Positions 24,875 through 37,644 of a stretch of DNA of 64,000 bases are shown here, piece after piece (the first letter of the stretch is position 1; each line of letters starts with the position of its first letter). Origin of the DNA: Mobula hypostoma (lineage: Eukaryota). The DNA lies in NCBI RefSeq assembly GCF_963921235.1, contig NC_086097.1, positions 126,730,001 through 126,794,000 on the forward strand, in the 5' to 3' direction. Under the pieces are notes generated by a model that saw nothing but the letters and a program-made list of their open reading frames with translations, was not told where the DNA came from and searched no databases. The translations under genes and the position numbers were made by a program.

Positions 24875-26059
24875 GTATGTACTTAATTTGTTATTGAACA
24901 GCTACTTAGTTTAAACCAGCTAAGCAGATGTTTCATTCAATGTTGTAAGTAAAAACAACACAAGGTCATTAGTTTCAAATGTAGGGTGAAGCTATGGAGT
25001 TTTAATCATCATTTGTACCAACTGTATTATTTAACTTTGTTACAAGTTTGATAAGGAGCTGCTTAACCATGTTTGATGATCTTCAACACACGCAAAATGC
25101 TGGAGGAACTCAGTGGGCCAGGTAACATCTATGGAAATTGAGTTTTGATGAGGGGTCTCGGCCCAAAACATTGACTGTACTCTCTTCCATAGATGCAGCC
25201 CGGCCGACTGAGTTTCTCCAGTATTTCGTGTGTGTTGCTTGGATATCCAGCATCCGCAGATTCTTCTCTTGTTTGTTGATGATCTTCAAATTAGTTGTTG
25301 CCGAAAGGTACAAAAGGATATTACCAGAATGTGGGGAAGACTAGTGCTTGCATTGCACTTTCACCTATTAGGATATTTACTTTCAATCTGAGATTAATCT
25401 TGGGGGAATTTCTAAATAGAAGGAAGTCCACATTCAGAAACTATGAAACTACTAGATATGAGACAAAAGATAATATACAAGGGTAATGAGATGTTACTCT
25501 TTAACAGCAGGAAGCTAAAGTACAATAGACATTATATGTATAAAATGTAGTGGTGGGCTCCATATAAAGCTTTGCATTTGATCCAGACTGCCTCTTTTCA
25601 AGAAGTTTATAAGTGTATGTGCAAGTTCATCAGAATACCATTTTCTAAAGATTTTCAGATAGGCTGTGTAAAATAATTTTCACTACAGGCTGGAATATTT
25701 AATAAATTGAGGTATTCAGGAAGGGGAACACATAGAAAGAGATCCTCTGTTGCAGATGTGAAGTGGGAGAAGGGGGTATTTCCTTTGTATTTTATAAAAT
25801 TAGAAATTTAAATTGATATCAAATTATACCACCAGTAGTCAATGGCCCAAATTCTTCTTGGGAGCTAGGAATGTTTTTGTTAAGTATACTAATTCTATTA
25901 AACTTAAATCATAATTAGAATACTTTGATAAAATTATAACTTAATGCCTTTCTATGGAAGATAGGATAAATGAAATAATCCAGTGTTCAAAACAAATCCA
26001 CTATTTTTTAAGGTATTTGATGTTGATGCATTTTCTTATTTTAAGTTGTCATGGTGTGT

Positions 26060-29010
26060 AAGGAAAGCTGTGGTTCAGGGAGTAATTCAAGAGGGGGGAG
26101 AGAAAAGAAATCTGATTGGGGCTAGTATAGTCAAGGGAATAGATACAGTTCTCTGTCACAGGGTTCGAGAGTCCTGAAGGCTGTGTTATCTGGCTGGTGC
26201 TTGGGTCCAGGACATCTCATCTGAGGAATCTGGAGTAGGAGGAGAAAGATCCAATTCTAATGGTCCATGTGAATACCGACAATGTAGAAAGAACAAGGAA
26301 AGAGGTTCTGCTGAGGGAATATAAGCAGCTAAGGACTAAATTAAAGAACAGAAAGAGGAATTTCTTTAGCCAGAATGGTGTATCAGAGAACCTGTTGCCA
26401 AGTCTTTATGTATATCTAAGGCAGAGGTTAATAGATTCTTGTTTGGTCAGGGCATGAAGGGATATGGGGAGAAGATAGGACACTGGGGCCGAGAGGAAAA
26501 ATTGATCAGTTGTGATGAAATGGTGGAGCAGACTTGATGGGCCATATGGTCTAATTCTGCTCCTTTATCTAATGGTCTTTTGGAATAAAGGCATAGACTT
26601 TTCTAAATGGTGAGAATATTCAAAAATCAGAGGTGCAATGGGACTTGGGAGTCCTTGTGCAAGATTCCCTCAAGGTTAACTTGCAGGTTGGGTCAGTGGT
26701 AAGAAGGCAAGTGTTACGTGAGCACTCATTTTGAGAGGACAAGAATATATGAGCAAGAATGTAATGTTGAGGCTTTATAAAGCATTGGTCAGACCTTGCT
26801 TAGAGTATGGTGAGCGGTTTTGAGTTCCTTATCTAAAAAAAGATCTGTTGGTATTGGAGAGGTTCCAGAGGAGGTTCACGAGAATGATTCCAGGAATAAA
26901 AGGTATGAGAATGTTTAATGGCTCTGGGTCTGCACTCGCTGGATTTTAGCAGGATACAGGGTGGAGGTGGATTTCATTAAAACCTATAGAATATTGAAAG
27001 ACCGAGTGGATGTGGAGAGGATGTTTCCTGCAGTGGGGTTTCCAGGACCTGAGGACACAGCCTCAGAACAGATGGAGCAGAGATGAGGAGGAATTTAGTT
27101 TTCAGAGCCTAATGAATCTGGAATTCATTTCCACAGACGACTGTGGAGGCCAAGACCTTGAACATAGTTAAAGCAGAAGTTGATAGGTTCTTGATTAGTC
27201 AGGATGTCAAAGATTACAGGGAGAAGGCAGGAGAATAGGGTTGAGAGGGATAATAAATCAGCCATTACGAAACGGCAGGGCAGACCCATTGGGCTGAATG
27301 GCCTAATTATGCTCCTGTGTCTCATGGACTACTTTGCATCACTCTTCACAGTGGAAGACACCAGCAGCATGCCATAAATTCAGGAGTCAGGAGGCAGATG
27401 AGTCCAGTTGCTTTTACTAAGGAGAAGGAGTTTTGGAAGCTGAAAGGTCTGAAGGTAGTTAAGTCACCCTGACCAGATGGACTATACCTCAGGGTTCTGA
27501 AAGAGGTAGCTGAAGAGATTATGGAGACATTAGTCATCTTTCAAGACTCACTAGATGTTGGAATGATTCCAGAGGCCTGGAAAATTGTAAATGTTATTCC
27601 ACTCCTTATGAAGGGAGAGATGTAAAAGGTGAGAAATTATAGGAGTTCGCTGGTTGGCAAGATGTTACAGCCCATTTTTAAGGATGAGATTTCGATGTAC
27701 TTGGAGGCACATGATAAAATAGGCTGAAGTTGGTATTGTTTCCTAAAAGGGAAGTCTCACCTGACAAATCTTTTGGAATTCTTTGAGGAACTAACAGGAG
27801 AATAAGCAAAGGGCTGTCAGTGGATGTTGTTTACTGGGATTTTCAGAAATTCTTTGACAAGATGCAGTACATGAGGCTGTTAAACAAGGTAAGAACCTAA
27901 GGAGTTACAGGAAGAGTTGCTAGCAAAAGATTGCTGAATGGCAGGAGCAAAGAGTGAACAAAGAAGGCCTTTTCTGGTTGGCTGCTGTTGGCTGGTGGCT
28001 AGTGGTGTTCCGCAGGGGTCGGTGTTGGGACCATTTTTTTCACAGCATATGTCACTTATTTGGATGGCAGAATTGATGGCTTTATGGCCCAGTTTGCGAA
28101 CGATACAAAAATAAGGTGGAGGGGCAGGTAGTGCTGTGGAAGCTGGGAATGTGCAGAAGGACTTAGACAGATTTGGAGAATGGGCAATAAGTAGCAGATG
28201 GAGAGTAGTGTAGGGAAGTGTATGATCATGCACTTTGGTAGGAAAAATAAAGGCATAGAATAGCCTCTTTTCTAAGTGGGGAGTGAATGCAGCAATTGGG
28301 ACTTGGGAGTTCTAGTGCTGGATTCCCTAAAGGTTAACTTGCAGGTTGAGCAAGCAGTAAGGAAGGCAAATGCAATGTTAGCATTCATTTCAAGAGGACT
28401 AGAATATTAAAGCAAAGGTATAATGCTGAGGCTTTATAAGGCATTGATAAGACTGCATTTGGAATATGGTGAGCAGCTTATCACCCCTTATCTGCGAAAC
28501 GATGTGCTGGCTTTGGAGAGGGTCCAAAGGAGGTTCACGAGCATTATCCTGGGAATAAAAGAGTAGTGTAGGGAACTTATGAAGAGCGCTTGATATCTCT
28601 GGGCCTGTACTCACTGGAGTTGAGAAGAATGAGGGAGGACCTCAATGAAACTTGTTGATTGTTGAAAGGCCTAGATAGAGTGGATGTGGAAAGGATGTTT
28701 CCAATATGAGAGTATAGGACCAGAGTGCACAGTCTCAGAATACAAGGATGTCCCTTTAAAACAGAGATGAGGAATTTCTTTAGGCAAGTATAATGTTTTT
28801 TGTGTTTTTATTTAATTGGGTTCTCTTTATCTAGTTTTAGGACTTGTGTGAAGATCTGATCACATTTTAGGTCATATTTATGCAGAAATAGGGAAAATTC
28901 TAAAGGATTCACAAACTTTCTAGCACCACTGTATTAGCCAAGATTGAATGGCTGGGCAGACTTGATGGGCCAAAAATGGCCTAATTCTGCTACTATGCCT
29001 TGTGGTCTTA
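26060..29010 (+). mobile_element. Mosaic of degenerate CR1 LINE pieces with a Tc1-like terminal fragment (~28787-28931) (intron 5)
   Basis: Repeated CR1 RT and 3' motifs; Tc1-like end ..TTCACAAACTTTCTAGCACCACTG followed by TA. Confidence 0.75.
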
Positions 29011-29141
29011 AAACCGGAATAACTTCATTGGTATGACAGTAGTGTGTGCTATTTGCTGTCAGAAATGTTATTGCACATATCATCTATACTTAGTCATAGC
29101 ACATTTTGTACGTTAAAATAAATCTCTTTGCTCCTATGTAG

Positions 29142-29263
29142 AGGAGGAACAGAAAGGACCGAAGTCGCACCTTGAAATACTTGCTGAAATGAGAGATTAC
29201 AAGCGTCGTCGCCAATCCTACAGAGCCAAGAATGTTCATATAACAAAAAAGTCATACACAGAG
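29142..29263 (+). CDS. SNRNP48: SNRNP48 exon 6
   Basis: (E)EEQKGPKSHLEILAEMRDYKRRRQSYRAKNVHITKKSYTE |GTAAGA; this is the near-invariant SNRNP48 motif; phase 1 to 0. Confidence 0.98.
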
Positions 29264-29729
29264 GTAAGAACGAGTGAGCCAGTCTATTGTATTAATAATT
29301 AGTCAATGGTACAGCACTCATCATTGGTTTTCTGTTCTTTACTTTGTACTTTAAGTGAATCTCATTAAGTATTTAAAATACAAATCGAGAGCAAAAAATG
29401 TCTAGTAGAATTATAATAATGAATCGCAATGAACTTGGCTTGCTCTTTGAACTTGTATCAGCCTAATCTTGACTGGATGCAGAGTATTGAATGAATGATC
29501 CTTCTGCATCTGTGAGACCTTGCACGGCCTCAATGGCAGCAAAGCAGTGGGCAGTGTACTGCTGAAGCCCCTCCCTAAAACACCTGGAATGCATTTTAAC
29601 AGAAAGCTAGGCTGTAGATGCAATCAGAAGTCATTTTTCAAAGTAGGCTTCTAGTATATTAAGATCTTATCATTTTGTCATTGTGCTGCATTTCACATTA
29701 AATCCTATATATTGAATCTTAACTTGCAG

Positions 29730-29857
29730 ATAATTAAGGATGTTATTAATGTGCACATGGAAGAATTGTCAAGACAGTGGAAAGACCAAAGTGATTCTGA
29801 TAATGTGGAAGAAGGCCAAAGTTCTTTATCTTTAAAAAGCTCTGCAAATGCACATAG
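29730..29857 (+). CDS. SNRNP48: SNRNP48 exon 7
   Basis: TTGCAG| IIKDVINVHMEELSRQW.. |GTATGT; phase 0 to 2. Confidence 0.96.
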
Positions 29858-31119
29858 GTATGTAGACAACATTTATGCTCATTTTAGTTTGAAATGAGTG
29901 GCAAAAATCCAGATGGATTCAATGAACTGATCTTTCAGTGAGGTTGTATACCTCTTTGTTTTTCCAAATAACCCACAATTAACATCTGTAGGCTAAATAT
30001 AGAATAGAGAAATGTTGAGAATCAGTATATTATCACTGATAAATGTGAAGTTTGTTGTTTTGTGGCAGTAGTACAGTACAATACCTAGTTACTGTAAATT
30101 ATAATAAGAATATGTTTAAAAAAAAACAAAACATTGAAGTATTGTTCACGGGTTCATGGACCAATGAGAAATCTGAAGGCAGAGGAAAAGCAACTGTTCA
30201 TAAAATGTTGAGTGTGCATCTTCAGGTTTCTGTACTACCTCCTCAGTAGTAGTAATGAGAACAGGGCACGTCCTCGATGGTGAGGGTCCTTCATGATGAA
30301 TACTGCCTTTCTGAGATGCCTTCAGTGGTGGAGAGGCTAGTATCCTTGTGGTTGAGTCTTAACCCTCAACAGCTTTTTCTGATTTCGACAGTGATGCAAC
30401 CAGTCAGAGCGCTCTCCATGGCACATCTGTAGAAATTTTAAATGTTTTTTTTTGCATATGTCTAATTGGATAGTTGGGGCAGTGATAATCTTTTCTTTGC
30501 AAAATATTCATTGTGGCCCTCCACTCTTTTATCAAGAACAAGGACATTAAATTTTGATATTTTGTTTCAAAAAAAATAACCCACCCAACCCCTTTGATAA
30601 ATGTATATATGTTTATCCAACGTTTAATCTACAAAATTAGTAACCTGTTACATATGATGGGATCATTGATCTTAAAATGAGCTTTTTCTTTCACTAACGT
30701 GCAAGCATAATTCCAAAAATATTATTGTATCCTGAACTTAAAGAAATAAGTCAGTTTATTAGTGATTGAATATGTAAAATCAGAGCATCTCAGGCAGATT
30801 TGTAAATATTGAATATGGCATTTCTTAAAGCAAGCTTCTAAGCTTAACCAGGGTAGTGTGAGGGAGAGAAAAGGCCTATCTGCTGCATTTACTCCTAGTG
30901 TGAATAGTTCACTGGGTTGTTTAAATATTGCACTTGTCAGAAAATTGTGGGGTTGATCACATCACACTGTTAGGACTGAAAGAGGCCCAGGAGTCCTTAA
31001 GGAACTGGTAGAAAATGAATATAGTTTTGCAGACTTGTGTGACTGGGAACATTGTTCAATTTTACAAGAAATGAATATACTCCTCTCATTTCTTGTACTG
31101 TGTACCCTTGTTTGTAATT

Positions 31120-31970
31120 TATATAAGCAATTTGGATATGTAAGTTAGTTGGATATTTGGTTAGTAAGCTTGTAGATGATGTGGATTGTGTAAAATTACA
31201 GGATCATGATCAGCTGTGCATGCAGACTGAGGATTGGAAATGGCTTTCAAACCAGAATGAAATGAGGTAGCGTAGGACTTGTACAGTGAAAGGTATGGCC
31301 CAGAAGTGTGTTAGGAATCAGAGGGACTTAACAATTCACATGCATGATTTGCTAAAAGTGGTGTCATGAAAGATATGAGGGTGACTAAGACATTTGGCTG
31401 GCTTTTGTCAAAGCACTGAGTATCGGAGTTGGAAAGTTGTGTGACCAGCTATTGGTGAGGCTGCACTTGGAACATTGTGAACAAATTTGGTCACCCTGTT
31501 ATAGGAAAAAATGTTATTAATCCAGAGAGAATGCAGAAAAGATTTGCCTGGATGCTGCTTGGACTTGGGGCTCTTGCGTACAAATTATAGGTTGCATAAA
31601 CTATGACTTTATTCCCTGGAACATCGGAGTATAAAATGTATAAAATCGAGGCGCATAGGGTGAATATATAGAGTCTCTTTCCCATGTAGGGGGTGTAAAA
31701 ACAAGAGAACGTAAGTTTAAGGTCAAGAGATTTAAAACAGACATCAGGAAGTTTTTTGTGCAAAGGGTGGGGCGTATCTGGAATGAGTAGCCATAGTTAA
31801 AGGTCAAAGGTGAGCACGTTATCAACATTTAAAAACCATCCATATCAGTACAAGAATAGGCAAGGTTTTGGCGGGGTTGCGGATGAAATGAGGGCAGATG
31901 GGAGTAGCTGGATGGACAACTTCAACATGGATCAGTGTGCTGAAGGATCTTTTTCCATGCTCTTGACTGT
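31120..31970 (+). mobile_element. Old CR1 3' fragment (intron 7)
   Basis: Degenerate CR1 3' motifs (GGTGAGGCTGCACTTGGA, GTTTAAGGT..AGATTTAA). Confidence 0.65.
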
Positions 31971-32039
31971 TCCAAGTTCAAGTTTAATTGTCATTCAACC
32001 ATACATGAATACAGCCAAACAAAACAGTTTTATTTTGTG

Positions 32040-32229
32040 CAACACACATCAAAGTTGCTGGTGAACGCAGCAGGCCAAGCAGCATCTATAGGAAGAGGCG
32101 CAGTCGACGTTTCGGCCTGAAACGTCGACTGCGCCTCTTCCTATAGATGCTGCTTGGCCTGCTGCGTTCACCAGCAACTTTGATGTGTGTTGCTTGAATT
32201 TCCAGCATCTGCAGAATTCCTGTTGTTTG
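32040..32229. mobile_element. Palindromic Penelope-terminal-repeat-derived insertion (75-bp perfect hairpin)
   Basis: Arms 32039-32113 and 32119-32193 are exact reverse complements; 14-bp TSD AGTTTTATTTTGTG (32026-32039, 32230-32243). Confidence 0.9.
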
Positions 32230-32711
32230 AGTTTTATTTTGTGACCTAGGTGTAAAACACAGTATCAACAGACACATGGCACAAGGCACAGAGAGCACAT
32301 GTAAGATACCAGTAAAATACAGTCACACAAAAAAATATAGTCCAGGATCCTGAGTTCACGAACATTGCTGAAATCCTGCAGTCAACCTCAGTACAGCTTG
32401 TCTTCTGCTGAGTGAACACTGGGGGGCAGCACCGACTGCAGATTGGATGTCGCACCATATCATCTCCAGTGGAGTGCACTGACTCTGCCTCTCTCCTGGG
32501 CAGCTCTCACCTGTGGCGCTGAGGACTAGGCCTTAGGTGACACTGTGGCTTGAAGCCTTGTCCTTGCTATGACCGAGGCCGTGCAGTTCCCTTGCCGTCT
32601 GCCAATTATTCAGTGAATTGGACTATTGTAACGCTATTGAAAATATTCAGGATTATTGTGCAGCAAAGGCATTATTTTTTGAATCTGGGTATATATTTCT
32701 TTCTGTTGTAG

Positions 32712-32879
32712 AAAAAGATCCATTGACAAAATATCTCCTTCATCTGAATGTCAAACTATTGGAAGTGGTAGAACTGTAGATCGTGACAACTGGAAAAGGA
32801 ATCGCAGTCGAAGTCCACGGGAGAGGAAAAGAAGTCCAGAATGGAGTAAGGAGAGAGATTCAAGGAGAAGGCAAGAGAA
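32712..32879 (+). CDS. SNRNP48: SNRNP48 exon 8 (RS/RE-rich)
   Basis: TTGTAG| ..KRNRSRSPRERKRSPEWSKERDSRRRQE |GTGAGT; phase 2 to 2. Confidence 0.92.
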
Positions 32880-32956
32880 GTGAGTGCATCATATACTGTA
32901 AAGTCATGTATTTTTGTGTCATTGATACAGATATAACATTTTATGTGCAATTTCAG

Positions 32957-33011
32957 AGACCATCACTCACGGGACGACAACCGCCATCGAAGTTACAGAC
33001 GGCGAAAGTGA
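32957..33011 (+). CDS. SNRNP48: SNRNP48 exon 9, coding part
   Basis: TTTCAG| (K)DHHSRDDNRHRSYRRRK-TGA after a 77-nt intron; similar to the human C-terminus (RHHSHKRRK). Confidence 0.9.
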
Positions 33012-33108
33012 CTTGGAACTGCTGATGGAAAGAAGATCAGAAATTAATTAAAATATACAAAATGTGTATAAACACTGAACTTTTTAAAAACTCTAAATGA
33101 ATGTTACA

Positions 33109-33495
33109 CACATAAAAGTTGCTGGTGAATGCAGCAGGCCAGGCAGCATCTCTAGGAAGAGGTACAGTCGACGTTTTGGGCCGAAACCCTTCGTCAGGAC
33201 TACCTGAAAGAAGAGCTAGTAAGAGATTTGAAAGTGGGAGGGGGAGGGGGAGATCTGAAATAATAGGAGAAGACAGGAGGGGGAGGGATGGAGCCAAGAG
33301 CTGGACCCCCTCCCCCTCCCACTTTCAAATCTGTTACTAGCTCTTCTTTCAGTTAGTCCTGACGAAGGGTCTCTGCCCAAAACGTTGACTGTACCTCTTC
33401 CTAGAGATGCTGCCTGGCCTGCTGCATTCACCAGCAACTTCTATGTGTGTTGCTTGAAATTCCAGCATCTGCAGATTTCCTCATGTTTGCGTTTT
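33109..33495. mobile_element. Inverted Penelope terminal-repeat insertion in the SNRNP48 3' UTR
   Basis: 145-nt arms 33106-33250 and 33306-33450; 15-bp TSD TAAATGAATGTTACA (33094-33108, 33496-33510); same sequence as the end of the element at 53060-56231. Confidence 0.9.
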
Positions 33496-33855
33496 TAAAT
33501 GAATGTTACAGTTGTATAGACAAAACGACGGACAAGTTTCCATGGAATATCTTTAAATATCATCTCCATATAGCTACTATCATTGGTTCCCTGATTTAAA
33601 AAAAACAAGGCTAAGACGTTTCCTATCAAAGTACATGGTTGAATATAACACAAACATTTGCTTCTTATTTCAGAAGTTTACATTGTACTTCATATTTTTT
33701 CGCATTGGTAAGAAATGTTGAAGTTTTGAAATCAATCCAAAGTGCTAATCATTCTCCAATTTCCGTCAACTGAATGTGTTATTTGAGCACTTTTCTTAAG
33801 GTTGTTTTTCAATTAACTGCTTGATGTATATAAAATGTATTCAGGTGTTGAACCA

Positions 33856-33905
33856 AATAAAGCTTCCTTGCAGACAGCTGTAGATTTTCTTAAGTGAAGA
33901 ATAAA
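33856..33905 (+). terminator. Candidate SNRNP48 polyadenylation signals
   Basis: AATAAA at 33856-33861 and 33900-33905, the first canonical hexamers I found downstream of the stop codon. Confidence 0.55.
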
Positions 33906-35362
33906 GGTTGAATTTTACTGAAGCAGGGTGTTGACCCAAAGCATTGTATGTTCCTTTACTCCAACAGAGTCTGCTTGACCAACTTAGTTCAGATTATTGC
34001 ACCAAAGGATCTTTACAGCTCTGGCACAGGTGCTGTTCATTTAGACCTCTGTGCCAGTGGCAGGTCTTTTAGCAGAGAGCTGCCCCCTACTTGCCTTAAC
34101 TCTTCCGTATGGTCCTGTCATGTTCTGTTTTGCGCAGTGTTTTATATAGCATGTTAATAGATGTGCAATACAGTGGTACTTGATCATAGTTGTGAAGAAT
34201 GTACTGGAGTAACAGCAGACTCAGGTTTAAGCTTGTATGGGTGTGACAATTTTTATTACACATCGATGTATGTCATCATCATGGCTCCCACTGTCTAAGT
34301 AGACAATGGATGCACCTGTTCGGGGGCGCAGACCTGGGCGATAAATATGGAGATCCTGGGCTGCCCAGACATCAAGATCTCCCTCTTGGCCTCACGGATG
34401 TGGTCCAAAGGAATGCAAAGCAGTACATTTGGCATCAGCTTGGCTGCAGGAGGTGTCCAAGCGCCTTAGGGGCTCCACTCCGGATTTGTGTAGGGTTTAC
34501 TCCTTAGCCTTCTCTTCTCCTGAAGATACTCACGAGGCAGTGGGATCCGTAACCCTGGATAGGGGTCCATACCGGGTACTGTCAGCCAGAGCCAGCTGAG
34601 CCCGGGACTCATGTAAGGCAGGGTTGTCACGCCCTGTAGTAGTGATATATGGAGCCACTGTCCACTACCTATTGACTGGAATTGGTATACGTATGATGTG
34701 CGATTTGATTAAGTGGCATATATAGATATTGTCAATCATGTCTGCATCCTACTTTTACAGCATTCTTTTCCTCATCTCCTTGATTCCTTTTTGGCTGTTA
34801 CAAATAACTACTGGTTTTTCTGTGGTTTATCCAGTTTTATAGGATTAGTCACCAAACCAGAATTTGTTTCCTGAATCTGGAACATCGCTGTAGTTTCTGG
34901 GCAGAGCTTATTCATTTCAAAATATTATATCATATCTTTGGGAAGGGGATTTGGAGCAGTCTGTTTCTAAAGCTGAAGAGATTTTGTTTTGGTTTTAGTT
35001 TTCCTTTATTTTATCAACCTATCTTGTAACAAGTTGCATAGTTGGGTTTTAAATTTTCTTGTGTTCAGTGCAATAAAGCAGCAAAGTAAATACTCTGCAT
35101 TTTGCTGTACTCAAAATAGCTTTTTAATTAAAAACTTAAGTAGAAGGCTACACTTGGAGCAATAGATGTGCCAGATACAAATTGGTGACTGGGTTGGGAA
35201 GAGGAATGTTTGCCTTGAAGAACTCAGGAATTTCTCACTTGGGCCTTGGAAATTACAAAGGGATTAAAGCTTGCATTGGAGCAGCCTACCACAAGAGAGT
35301 TAGATGTCTCTCGCCTTGGGAGGAGTATTTAAGAAACTGGCCACTGCTGTGGTCAATTATGA

Positions 35363-35440
35363 ATGAAGAAATTTGAATTAGCAGACAGCCATCATATTGG
35401 GACCTATTGGAAGGAACCAATGGCAGATATAAAAGTAAAG
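35363..35440 (+). CDS. Candidate first coding exon of an unrecognised secreted/membrane protein (ATG at 35363 or 35420)
   Basis: MKKFELADSHHIGTYWKEPMADIKVK then strong phase-0 donor AAG|GTAAGA; in-frame stop immediately upstream of 35363. Confidence 0.3.
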
Positions 35441-37644
35441 GTAAGAATGTTGCTATTTGCAAACAGTGAAAATTATTGTTAAAAAGTGTTGGAAGGGGAA
35501 CCAAATTAACTGTCAACGCATTATTTAGTTCCGTATAACTTGGTTTCTAAATTTAAATTTAAATTTGATATAAACATCTTTAGTTCAAAATGTCTGACTT
35601 TAGATGAAGTCTAACAACTTACTGAAGTTTCTTGTGTTGGTGTCAGAGGCTGAGGGGAGACTTGATAGAAGCTTACAAATTTACAGGAGGATAGATAGGA
35701 TAGACAAGCTTTTTACCAGGTGTTAGAAACGTAAAGTACTATATATGTTGTTAAGGTGAGTGGGAAAACTTAAAGGAGATGTGTGGGGCAAGTTTAGGAG
35801 TGGGTAGGTGCTTGAAACTGGCTGCCATGGGTAATGGTGGAAAGAAATAGGCTAGTGGTATTTGTGACTGCTGATGGTTTAATTTGGCATAGTGTTCAGC
35901 ATAGACATCATGGGCCAAAGAGCCTGATCCTATGTTCTATGTACAAGAAAGGATAACTCGGTAATAGAATGCATGACTGCAAATAAAATAAAATGCATAT
36001 TTGGGAGAAATGTTTCTACAAACGTTATACCACTTCTATCCCTCAAGGGTGAGGATAGCTGATATAAAAAGGGAAATGACTATTAATAATGTAAGTGGTA
36101 AACACCAAATGCTTTGCATTCCAAAGAAGTTTGGGACATATCACCTAAAGTAGCAGCAGTTATGTCTAGTTGTAAATTAAATTGACTGCTTTTGATACAT
36201 GCAGGCAGTTTAGCACCTCAGCAATCTTAATAGTAAACCAAATAAAGCTGGATTTGCATTGATGTTTAAACTATTAAAAATGTGTTGTACTTTCATTTGA
36301 TTAGATTACTTGAAATTTGAACATTTTTCTAAAATTACATACTTTGCAATATTTATAAAATAAAATGTTTATTCAAAGAGCAGCTAAATGCCCAGCAACT
36401 TTATGGGTGAGAGAGGATACATTTAAAATATTTGCATTGTTTGTCTTTGAAAAGAAAATCGCTGAAAAGGTGCTATGTACAACCATGCTATTTAGATTGC
36501 TTCTAGTGTTTATAATTTGTTTTAAGATATGCAGAGTTAGTGTTCATTAAAGTTAATGGATTAATTATGCACTAAATATTTTACAATGACTTCTGAATAT
36601 CCAGCAAAATTGTTGAGAATCTTAAAAGTTTAAATGACTTATAAAGACCCTTGAGAATTTATGGTTCTCATAAGGTAGATGAAAGACAATGATGTTCTCT
36701 GCTCATCTATGGACCCATCATAGGTGGGAATATTGAATTTTATATTTGGTTGTGCAGCTACAGAGTTGAGGTTTTGTTTATTTAAAAACACTTACATGAC
36801 AGGTCATTCAAAGACCTTTAGATTAAGAGTTCAGAAGAGGCCATTTTTGCCTTTAAGGCTTCAGGAAAGTGTTTATTTTGTTACTTAGATACGTTATTGC
36901 AACTGCTGACCATGAAGGTATCCATAGGCTGACTGAAACAAGGTTAAAGGGAAAGATCATTGAAGACGTTAATACTAACCAGACAAAGTTGAGTTATTAT
37001 AAATGGGGAGTGAAAGTTATTTCCTAACAAAAGCATAATGCTGGAAGTCGGGGAAGAAGAAAAGGATGGTTGCTTCCCAGAATACCTCCATTCACACCTC
37101 AGGGCTACTCTGACCTTGCAGATTGTCACTTCAATTCTCTATCTCACTCCCACTTTGAATTTTCTATCTTCAGCTCCTACTTTGTTCCAATGATGCACGA
37201 CATCAGCTTACAGAACAGCCCTCCTACATTATCACCCTCAGGACGTAGTAAATTATTGAGTTTAACAGTTTCAGTTAACCTTTTCTCCCTTTTTACACAG
37301 ATGCAAAAGTAGCTTAGTTTCAGTTTATTTTGTTTGAATTTGTTCAATTACAGCACTATTGTTCAAAGTAAGTTTTATTATCAAAGTACATGTATGTTAC
37401 CCTATACAACCCTGATATTCATTTTCTTGTGGGCATACTCTACAAATTTATAGAATCAGTGAATAGACCGTCCAACTAGGGCGTTCAACCAGAGTGCTAT
37501 AATTGAATGGATGATTGTATTCAATAGAGCTATCAAACAGCATTTGCTTAGCAACAACCTGCTCTGTGGGTCATACCAAAGTCATTCAATTCTTGACCTC
37601 GTTGTAAACTTGGTCATCGAAGACCCACTGTCACTATTGCCTTA

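Noticed and set aside
29717..29729. TCTTAAC close to the intron 6 acceptor, resembling a U12 branch point
   Set aside because: The intron 6 donor is GTAAGA (U2-type) and the motif is imperfect and too close to the AG; no evidence for a U12 intron
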